A stretch of 26,454 nt of DNA from Acidobacteriota bacterium. Its GTDB lineage: Bacteria; Acidobacteriota; UBA6911; RPQK01; JADFOI01. The stretch is from assembly GCA_036446935.1 (NCBI GenBank), contig JAZFTY010000446.1, forward strand, positions 1 to 26,454, given 5' to 3'. The translations under genes were made by a program, and so were the position numbers. Within the stretch, counting starts at the first letter, position 1. Every line of letters begins with the position of its first letter. Below, piece by piece: positions 1 through 7,276 of the stretch. Below the pieces are notes generated by a model, which was given only the letters and a program-made list of their open reading frames with translations, was not told where the DNA came from and did not search any database.

Positions 1-405
1 CACTCCGGTGTCGAATTCCACCAGCAGAGCCTTGTCGATGGGCCGCATGACGGCGTAGAGAAAGTCGATGGCTGTCTCTTTTTCGAAGGCCAGTTTGAGT
101 CTGACGCTGGAACTGGTATCCATGCAAAGGGCGATGGTCAAGGGGAGGTTAATCTGCTGGGCGAAGTTGGTGATGTCCTGCCGGACGCCATCCTCATAGA
201 TTTCGAAGTCCTCCTTTGTCAGATCGGTGACAAACTTGCGTGTGTCCTTGTAGTGGATCGTTGCCAGGATGTTTACCGCGTCTACTTCAACTCTAAAGGG
301 AACTTGCCCCTCTTCATCGCTCTCATCCCGCTGTGCTTGAGTTTCTGCAAGAAAAAGAGAGAGCGGCAAGACGATGACCAGTCGCTTCCAGGTGCGAATT
401 CTCAT
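1..405 (-). CDS. Secreted VWA (von Willebrand A) domain protein of the Acidobacterial VWFA type; 3' part runs off the window
   Basis: Not in the ORF track. Manual translation from ATG at 405 gives MRIRTWKRLVIVLPLSLFLAETQAQRDES...FRVEVDAVNILATI...KFVTDLTKEDFEIYEDGVRQDITNF...PLTIALCMDTSSSV. This has a signal peptide, the typical Acidobacterial pre-VWA segment and a MIDAS DxSxS motif. The frame is open to position 1, and an AGAGG SD follows the rluD stop. Confidence 0.85.
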   Translation of the reverse strand, partial: MRIRTWKRLVIVLPLSLFLAETQAQRDESDEEGQVPFRVEVDAVNILATIHYKDTRKFVTDLTKEDFEIYEDGVRQDITNFAQQINLPLTIALCMDTSSSVRLKLAFEKETAIDFLYAVMRPIDKALLVEFDTGV

Positions 406-415
406 GGCGCCTCTA

Positions 416-1357
416 TTATCCCAGAGCGGATAGGAACTGGGCAAGCTCTTCAGGCAGAGGTCTCTCAAAGGAAACCCTTTCTTTACTGTCCGGATGAAGG
501 AAAGCCAGAAAGGCGGCATGCAGGAAGTATCTTCCCAGATTGCGTACAGCCTGCGCCTGGCTCGGATCTTTCAAATTGCTGGATGCCTTCCTGCCATAAG
601 TCTCATCTCCTACAACGGGGTGCTCGAGATGCTGAAAGTGGACCCGTATTTGATGGGTCCTCCCGGTGAGAGGAGAGACCCGAACGTAGGTAAAATTCGT
701 GTAATAGCGGATCACCTGATAGCGGGTGAGGGCGCTGCGGCTGCGCCGGCCGCGGGTCGACATTCGGGTACGCGCTCGAGGATCGCGGCCCAGGGGAACG
801 TCCACAGTTCCCTCCTTCTGCTTGAGGTGCCCATGAACCAAAGCCAGATAACGCTTTTCCACCTCCCGTGCCTTGAATTGGTCTGCCAGAAATTCGTGGG
901 CCTGATCATTCTTAGCCACCACCATCAAACCTGAAGTGAACTTATCCAACCGATGAACGATTCCGGGACGGATCGTGCCTATCCGGCTGATGGCGTGAAA
1001 ATGATGAAGCAGCGCGTTGGCCAGAGTACCCTGCCGATTTCCCGCTCCAGGATGAACCACCATTCCCGCGGCCTTGTCCACCACCACCAGGACATCGTCC
1101 TCGTAAACGATCTGCAGAGGAATGGACTCGGGAACCAGCTCGAGAGGCTTCTGAGGGGGAGGAGCGATCTGAATTTCCTCGCCCGCCTTGACCTGATAAT
1201 TGGCCTTGCACCTTTCCCCTTGAACGGTCACATGACCCGACTCGATCCACCGCTGCAGGGCGCTACGACTGAATTGCTCAAGTTTTCGGGACAGGAAAAG
1301 GTCAAGCCTTTGATGGGCTTCCTCGGCGCTGACGGTAACGACTCTGCTCTCAGACAC
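416..1357 (-). CDS. rluD: RluA-family 23S rRNA pseudouridine synthase (RluD type)
   Basis: N-terminal S4 domain (RLDLFL...SRSALQRWIESGHVTV), motifs VDKAAGMVVHP, catalytic HRLDKFTSG, TGRTHQIRVH. Confidence 0.95.
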   Translation of the reverse strand: MSESRVVTVSAEEAHQRLDLFLSRKLEQFSRSALQRWIESGHVTVQGERCKANYQVKAGEEIQIAPPPQKPLELVPESIPLQIVYEDDVLVVVDKAAGMVVHPGAGNRQGTLANALLHHFHAISRIGTIRPGIVHRLDKFTSGLMVVAKNDQAHEFLADQFKAREVEKRYLALVHGHLKQKEGTVDVPLGRDPRARTRMSTRGRRSRSALTRYQVIRYYTNFTYVRVSPLTGRTHQIRVHFQHLEHPVVGDETYGRKASSNLKDPSQAQAVRNLGRYFLHAAFLAFLHPDSKERVSFERPLPEELAQFLSALG

Positions 1358-2159
1358 GGCTAGAGCTGAAGTTTTGAAGGGACTGTTTGCGGAAATAAAG
1401 ATAGCCCAGGATGCCGGCCGGCACGATCAACAGGCTGATGAACTGCGATGTGGAGAGCAAGCCCCCGAAAACGAAACCCCTCCCCAGGTCTCCTCGGAAG
1501 AATTCCAGTAAAAACCGAGCGACTCCGTACAACACCAGGTAGGAGCAAAAGACCTGGCCGTTGAAACTCTTCTTCCTGTAGATCCAGAACAGTAGCAAGA
1601 AAATCAGGAATGAGGTGCCGGATTCGTACAGCTGGCTTGGATGCAGGGCAACGTGGAGCGGAACTCCGATGTACTTGTGGGCATATTCACTGGTAAAGGT
1701 TACGGCCCAGGGCAGATCGGCCGGCTTGCCATAGTCACAGCCTGCTGCAAAGCAGCCCACTCGTCCTATCGATTGTCCCAGGGCGATGGCCGGAGCCGCC
1801 ACATCGGCAATGCTCCAAAACTTCAGTTCGGGGGCTTTCCGCATGTATAGGGCACAGCCGATGACGGCTCCAATGAATCCACCGTAAAAGACTCCGCCAG
1901 CCTGCCAGAACTCCAGGGAAATCAAACGTGAGGGTCTTGCCAGGTACCCTCCAGGATCAGTCAAGATCAGCAACACCTTGGCACCGATCAAGGCCGAGAG
2001 AATGCTGATAAACCCGATATCCCAGATCCGATTGGAGGGCACGTTATCGCTGGCCGCCAAACGTGCTGCTACGGTGATAGCCACCAGATAGGCCGTGGCC
2101 AACAACAAGCCGTAGCTATGAAGGGTAACGGGACCCAGCTCAAGGAGACGTGGAAACAT
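1350..2159 (-). CDS. lgt: Prolipoprotein diacylglyceryl transferase
   Basis: Multi-TM protein with HSYG, GGVFYGG, GRVGCF, HPSQLYE and RFLLEFFRGD motifs. Overlaps the rluD start by 8 bp. Confidence 0.95.
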   Translation of the reverse strand: MFPRLLELGPVTLHSYGLLLATAYLVAITVAARLAASDNVPSNRIWDIGFISILSALIGAKVLLILTDPGGYLARPSRLISLEFWQAGGVFYGGFIGAVIGCALYMRKAPELKFWSIADVAAPAIALGQSIGRVGCFAAGCDYGKPADLPWAVTFTSEYAHKYIGVPLHVALHPSQLYESGTSFLIFLLLFWIYRKKSFNGQVFCSYLVLYGVARFLLEFFRGDLGRGFVFGGLLSTSQFISLLIVPAGILGYLYFRKQSLQNFSSSRV

Positions 2160-2197
2160 GGGCTATAGTATATAGTCCTGCACTCCCACTTTCACAA
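2160..2197 (-). promoter_or_regulatory. Putative sigma70-type promoter of lgt, possibly leaderless
   Basis: Minus strand reads TTGTGA...CTA-TATACT-ATAGCCC-ATG. The -10 TATACT (2172-2167) is 7 nt before the ATG and there is no SD. Confidence 0.45.
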
Positions 2198-2218
2198 ATT
2201 CGCTGGTCTGCAGTCGGT

Positions 2219-4309
2219 TTAGTGCTTCTCTTCCTTTTCCCGTTGAACCTCGGCGACGATACGGTCCGTCAGCTGAGCAGGCACGACATCGTAGTGGGAC
2301 TGCTCCATGTGGAAACTTCCTCGTCCCCCCGTCATCGAGATGAGCGTGGGGGCATAGTTGAGCATCTCAGCCATGGGAACCTGTGCCCGAATCACCTGGG
2401 TCGTCCCCTTGACATCCATTCCCTGGATGCGACCGCGTCGGCCGTTGAGGTCACCCATCAGATCGCCCGCGTTCTCCTCAGGGGAGTAGATCTCAACGTC
2501 CATGATGGGCTCCAGCAGCACCGGCTTAGCCTTTTCCATGGCCTTTTTAAAGGCCAGCGATCCGGCAACCTTGAAGGCCATGTCGGAAGAGTCGACATTG
2601 TGGTAGCTTCCGTCATAAAGAGTCACTTTGAAATCCACCACCGGATAGCCCGCTATATAGCCCCTTTCAGCGGATTCCACGATTCCCTTTTCAACGGCCG
2701 GGATGTAATTGCGAGGAATTGCACCACCAAAAATCTCATTGACGAACTCGAATCCCTCATCCCTCCCCTGAGGCTCAAGCTTGATCCTGCAATCTCCATA
2801 CTGACCGTGGCCTCCCGTTTGTTTCTTGTGCTTTCCCTGCACATCCGCCCTGCCGGTGATGGTCTCTCGATAGGGGACCTTGGGCGTTTTCAGAACCACT
2901 TCAACCCCGAATTTTTTCTTCAACTTGCCCACCGCGATCTCGACATGAAGCTGACCGCTTCCTGAGAGCAGGAACTCCCGGGTTCGGTACGCTCTCCGGA
3001 AACGAAGTGCAGGATCCTCTTCCAGCAGCCGCGCGATGGCTGGACCCACCTTGTCCTCGTCGCCTCGCGACTTCGGTTCGATGGCATAGCTGATGGCAGG
3101 CTCGGGGATCTCCACTTTCTTGAAAGTGCCTTCAAAGCTGCTCTCAGCCAAAGTATCTCCTGTGTTGGTTCCCTTGAGTTTGATGACCGCGTAGATGTCT
3201 CCGGCATGGACCTCCGGGATCCCCTCGTGAGCCTTACCCTGCATGAGCTGGAGAGTACCCAGGCGCTCATCCTGGTTAGTGGAAAGATTCTTCAAGGTTG
3301 AATCCGACTTCACGCTTCCGGAAAGAACCTTCATCAGATTGATTCGACCGGTAAAAGGATCGGCCAGGGTCTTGAGCACAAAGGACGCCGTCGGTCCATC
3401 CCTGCTGATCCGGAATTCCGTTTCTTCTTTGCTCTTGGAATCAATGAGAGGAATGGGCCCGCACTCCAGTGGATTGGGGAAGAGGTCCACGATCCAATCC
3501 AGCAGTTGCTTCACCCCCACATTACCCGTGGCTGAAGTACAAAATACAGGGAAAATACTCTGGGCCTGGATTCCTTTTCGCAGTCCCGCCAGCAGTTCGG
3601 CATCCGACAGCGTTCCGTTTTCGAAGAACTTTTCCATGAGCTCATCATCGGTTTCCGCAATTACTTCGATGAGCTGCTCACGACGTTGCTCGGCATCGGA
3701 CTGAAGGTCCTCCGGAACCGCCTCTTCTTTGAAATTGCCGTTGCCGCCCGCGCCATAGAGGTAGGCCTTGTTCCGAATCAGATCAACAATCCCCTTGAAG
3801 TTTTGCTCCTCTCCTATGGGGATCTGTACGGGAACCACAGGGCGTCCGAAAGCAGTCTGAAGAGCCTCCAGGCTTCGATTAAAACTGGCCCGGTCTCGAT
3901 CCAACTTATTCAACACCACAATCCTGGGGAGTTTGAATGCTTCGGCATAGGACCAGACGAGCTCCGTTTGAACCTCCACCCCGGAGACAGCATCCACCAC
4001 CAGCACAATCGTTTCGGCACCCACCATCGAAGCTTTGGTGTCCAAAATGAAAGTCCGATAGCCGGGGGTATCCAGAATATTGACCTTGGTTCCCTTCCAT
4101 TCCAGACGAGCCAAGGCGGTGCTGATGGTAATCTTGCGCTCAATCTCATCTTCATCGAAGTCGGTGACGGTGTTTCCCTCTTCGACACGGCCCAGGCGAT
4201 TCACCGATCCGGCCGAATAGAGCAGAGCACTGGCTAACGAAGTTTTCCCGGAATCACCATGACCCACAAGAGCGATATTGCGAATGTTCTCGCTGTCAAA
4301 TACCTTCAT
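2219..4309 (-). CDS. fusA: Elongation factor G paralogue (EF-G2-like)
   Basis: Full five-domain EF-G layout (GHGDSGKT, RKITI, DTPGY, NKLD, PKVPYRETI, KKQTGGHGQYG, DGSYHNVDSS, LLEPIM). Non-canonical G1/G2/switch II and absence of an rpsL-rpsG-tuf context indicate a second copy. AGGAGG SD present. Confidence 0.9.
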   Translation of the reverse strand: MKVFDSENIRNIALVGHGDSGKTSLASALLYSAGSVNRLGRVEEGNTVTDFDEDEIERKITISTALARLEWKGTKVNILDTPGYRTFILDTKASMVGAETIVLVVDAVSGVEVQTELVWSYAEAFKLPRIVVLNKLDRDRASFNRSLEALQTAFGRPVVPVQIPIGEEQNFKGIVDLIRNKAYLYGAGGNGNFKEEAVPEDLQSDAEQRREQLIEVIAETDDELMEKFFENGTLSDAELLAGLRKGIQAQSIFPVFCTSATGNVGVKQLLDWIVDLFPNPLECGPIPLIDSKSKEETEFRISRDGPTASFVLKTLADPFTGRINLMKVLSGSVKSDSTLKNLSTNQDERLGTLQLMQGKAHEGIPEVHAGDIYAVIKLKGTNTGDTLAESSFEGTFKKVEIPEPAISYAIEPKSRGDEDKVGPAIARLLEEDPALRFRRAYRTREFLLSGSGQLHVEIAVGKLKKKFGVEVVLKTPKVPYRETITGRADVQGKHKKQTGGHGQYGDCRIKLEPQGRDEGFEFVNEIFGGAIPRNYIPAVEKGIVESAERGYIAGYPVVDFKVTLYDGSYHNVDSSDMAFKVAGSLAFKKAMEKAKPVLLEPIMDVEIYSPEENAGDLMGDLNGRRGRIQGMDVKGTTQVIRAQVPMAEMLNYAPTLISMTGGRGSFHMEQSHYDVVPAQLTDRIVAEVQREKEEKH

Positions 4310-4361
4310 AAACGCCCCTTCCTAGGATATAGTTCGGTTTGCAAGAATGTAACACAGCAAA

Positions 4362-5285
4362 ATGGACTTATCAATGTCGATCAAGGTACGCATCGCCCTC
4401 TTTGCCGCTGTCCTACTTTCACTCAGCCTTTCCTGTTTGGACACCGCCGCACAAACGGGTCGTGTGGACGCTGAGCAGGTGATGCGCCATGTGGAACAGA
4501 TCGTCAGCTACGGTCCCCACCCTCCCGGCAGCGAAGCCCAAAAGGAAGTCGGCGGCTACATCGCGGGGCAACTCCAGTCTCACGGGCTGGAGGTTCAAAC
4601 TCATACTTTTTATCCCGTGACCCCTTTGGGGCGGCGCGAGATGACCAACATCTGGGGAGTGGTGGAGGGAAAAGAGGACTCCATCATCATTCTGGCCAGC
4701 CATTACGACAGCAAGTACTTTGAGGACTTTTCCTTCCTCGGTGCCAACGACGGCGGATCAAGCAGCGGGTTGCTGCTGGAGTTGGCCCGGATACTGAAGC
4801 AGGACAATCCAACCGACTACTCTCTGTGGTTCGTCTTTTTTGATGGAGAAGAGGCCTTTGTCGACTGGACCAGTGCCGACAGCATCTACGGCAGCCGTGA
4901 ATTTGTCCGCATGCTCAAGGGCCGGAATCAGTTGGGCAAGATCTCCGCCCTCATCCTGCTCGACATGGTGGGAGAAAAGGACCTGGTCCTTCGAAAAGAC
5001 ATCAATTCCATGCCCTGGATGAACCAGATCATCTGGGACCAAGGAGGGGAAATGGGTTATGGAGACATCTTCCAGTCAAGAGGCAACACGGGTGCCCAGG
5101 ATGACCATCTTCCCTTTGCCCGGGAAGGGATACCGGTGGTCGACATTATCGACCTCGATTATGCCTACTGGCATAAAAAAGAGGATACCCTCGACAAGCT
5201 GTCCCCCGATAATCTTCGAATTGTGGGAGATGTCGTGCTGGCCAGCCTCCCTGAAATCGCCAAGCGACTGAAAGAGAGCCCTTGA
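4362..5285 (+). CDS. Secreted M28-family zinc enzyme, most similar in motifs to animal-type (type II) glutaminyl cyclase
   Basis: Signal peptide; [8 protein letters not shown], GANDG, [11 protein letters not shown]...Sx[17 protein letters not shown], YWH. True start may be the ATG at 4374. Confidence 0.85.
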   Translation: [307 protein letters not shown]

Positions 5286-6226
5286 AAAGCAAGGCCCTCG
5301 TGATTGTCATTCTGGTGGTGGCGATTGTCATTCACCTTTCTGCCTTTCTCTTGATGGCGAAAGGAGTCGAACCCATCTCGACTTATTTCTACCTCTTCGC
5401 CTGGTGGACCTACATTGTATTTTTGTCCTGCCTGAACCATCTGCGCGGGCAGAACTCCCTCCTACTGGACGATCCGCGGGAATTCCTATGGGTCTTTTTT
5501 TATTCGACCCCGGTATGGCTCTTCTTCGAAATCCACAACTTCTGGCTCAACAACTGGCACTATATGGGTGTCCCTGTCGAAACCTATCTGCGCTGGCCGG
5601 GATATGTCCTCGCCTTTGGAACGGTGCTTCCCGGTATTTTTGAAACAGAAACCTTCTTGAGAAACTTCGGAGTGTTCACACAGATTCGAGGCCGGCCCGT
5701 TGCAGTGACTCAAAGTTTGCTAATCCGCTTTGTGATCCTCGGCTCTCTGATGATGCTTCTTGTTTCCTGGAGACCCGACCGCTTCTTTCCACTGGTATGG
5801 CTGGGATGGATTTTCCTCCTCGATCCCCTGATCTACGGCAAAGATCGGCAACGGGCCTCTTTGCTGGGCCAGGCCCAACGTGGCGAGTACTCTCTACTGG
5901 TCCGGTTTCTGGTCGCGGGAATGATGTGCGGATTGCTGTGGGAGTTCTGGAACTTCTGGGCCTCGGCAAAGTGGGTGTATACCGTCCCCTACCTTGGATT
6001 TGTTAAGATATTTGAGATGCCTATGCTTGGGTTTTTTGGCTTTCCTCCCTTTGCCCTAGAATGCTATTTACTGTACCGGGTCTTTCTCCTGTTCCGTGAA
6101 CGCTTTCTTCACGGTCAGAAGCTGATCCCTGCTGTCACTGCGGTTTTGGTGGTCCTGTACTGCCTCCTGGCCTTCACGGGAATAGACCGGTGGACGGTCG
6201 AGGGCTATAAAGTGATCTTTTCCTGA
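5282..6226 (+). CDS. Conserved hypothetical integral membrane protein (two related halves)
   Basis: About 9 hydrophobic segments, with a repeated motif FE-x-x-NFW...W-x-Y-x-(x)-VP. TTG start overlaps the upstream TGA (TTGA coupling). Confidence 0.75.
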   Translation: MKSKALVIVILVVAIVIHLSAFLLMAKGVEPISTYFYLFAWWTYIVFLSCLNHLRGQNSLLLDDPREFLWVFFYSTPVWLFFEIHNFWLNNWHYMGVPVETYLRWPGYVLAFGTVLPGIFETETFLRNFGVFTQIRGRPVAVTQSLLIRFVILGSLMMLLVSWRPDRFFPLVWLGWIFLLDPLIYGKDRQRASLLGQAQRGEYSLLVRFLVAGMMCGLLWEFWNFWASAKWVYTVPYLGFVKIFEMPMLGFFGFPPFALECYLLYRVFLLFRERFLHGQKLIPAVTAVLVVLYCLLAFTGIDRWTVEGYKVIFS

Positions 6227-6246
6227 ATTTAAGGGTTGGATTCCGG

Positions 6247-7110
6247 ATGGACAAAGATTTTCGCCTCCGCATGACTTTCTGGGGAGTGAGAGGCTCAACT
6301 CCCACACCTCAAATTGAACACCTCAATTATGGGGGAAATACCTGCTGCATCGAGGTGCGTCTTCCCAACAACGAAGTGTTTATCTTCGATGCCGGCTCCG
6401 GGGTTCGCGCTCTTGGCGACTCCCTCTTGGAGGAATCTTCCAACCAAAAGCTGGACCTGAAAGTGTTTCTGACCCATTTTCACTGGGACCATATTCAGGG
6501 CATCCCCTTTTTCCAACCGCTGTATCATCCGGAAAACAGGGTGGTCTTTCATTCTGTGTCCTTTCCGGAAGGTCAACACCGACGCTCTGGTTCAAAAAGC
6601 GGACTGGAAGAAACACTCAGGATCCAGATGGCCCACCCTTATTTCCCCATCAGCCTTGAATCGCTGGCTGCCAAGAAAGAGTTCAAAGAAATCGACCCAG
6701 ATCCCATTAAATTCGGCAAACTCACCATTACTCCTTTCCGCCTGAACCATCCGGGACAAACCTATGGATATCGGATCGAGTCGGAGGGGGCGGTTATCGT
6801 TTACGCCACCGATCTGGAACATGGAGATGCAAAACTGGACAAGTTGCTGCGAGAGGTCTCTCAAAATGCCGACCTCTTGATCTACGACTCGCAATTCACG
6901 CCTGAGGATTACAAGAAGCACAAAGGATGGGGACACAGCACTTGGTTAGAAGCGTGCCGCGCTGCTAGTGACGCCCAGGTCAAACAGCTCGCTCTCTTTC
7001 ACCATTTCCCCTCTTATGACGATGGCAGGTTTTACGAGATCGTGCGGCAGGCTCGCGGCGAATTTGAAAACACCCTAGGGGCCCAGGAAGGCTGGTCGCT
7101 GACCCTGTAG
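6247..7110 (+). CDS. Metallo-beta-lactamase-fold hydrolase (phosphodiesterase/RNase Z-like subgroup)
   Basis: TFWGVRGS, YGGNTCC, DAGSG, HxHxDH (THFHWDH), later LNHPG, TDLE, YDSQ, GHS and FHH metal-ligand motifs. Confidence 0.9.
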   Translation: MDKDFRLRMTFWGVRGSTPTPQIEHLNYGGNTCCIEVRLPNNEVFIFDAGSGVRALGDSLLEESSNQKLDLKVFLTHFHWDHIQGIPFFQPLYHPENRVVFHSVSFPEGQHRRSGSKSGLEETLRIQMAHPYFPISLESLAAKKEFKEIDPDPIKFGKLTITPFRLNHPGQTYGYRIESEGAVIVYATDLEHGDAKLDKLLREVSQNADLLIYDSQFTPEDYKKHKGWGHSTWLEACRAASDAQVKQLALFHHFPSYDDGRFYEIVRQARGEFENTLGAQEGWSLTL

Positions 7111-7160
7111 CGCGCTACGCGCGGGTTCGTCACTTCGTGCTGTCGTGCCCGCTTCGCGCG
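7107..7160. repeat. REP-like cluster of short GC palindromes/mini-hairpins
   Basis: GTAGCGCGCTAC perfect palindrome (7107-7118) includes the MBL stop. Also CGCGC-TAC-GCGCG (7111-7123), CAC-TTC-GTG (7131-7139) and CGC-TTC-GCG (7150-7158). Confidence 0.6.
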
Positions 7161-7181
7161 CAGAAAAACATTCATGTCGAA

Positions 7182-7220
7182 TTGGAATTCGTTTGGAATT
7201 TGAGATTTGAGATTTTGAAT
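7182..7220. repeat. Degenerate heptamer tandem repeat (TTGGAAT/TTGAGAT/TTTGAAT)
   Basis: TTGGAAT at 7182 and 7193, TTGAGAT at 7200 and 7207, TTTGAAT at 7214. Confidence 0.75.
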
Positions 7221-7222
7221 TT

Positions 7223-7276
7223 CCGCTTGACCGCAGACCAAAGCCGGCAGTCCGGCTGTGGTCTGCGGTCAAGCGG
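7223..7276. terminator. Long stem-loop between convergent genes, overlapping the topA stop; possible bidirectional terminator/RNA stabiliser
   Basis: CCGCTTGACCGCAGACCA (7223-7240) is the exact reverse complement of 7259-7276. An inner AGCCGG/CCGGCT stem closes a 4-nt loop. No clear U-tract. Confidence 0.55.

Noticed and set aside
2150-2965. 271-aa plus-strand ORF, and other long ORFs antisense to fusA (3243-3704, 3686-4237)
   Set aside because: Shadow frames of a strongly conserved gene; no recognisable motifs.
4422-4436. Lipoprotein lipobox (LSLSC) in the QC-like enzyme
   Set aside because: Positions -3 and -2 do not fit the consensus well; an SPI site at TAA-Q fits better, though lipidation is not excluded.
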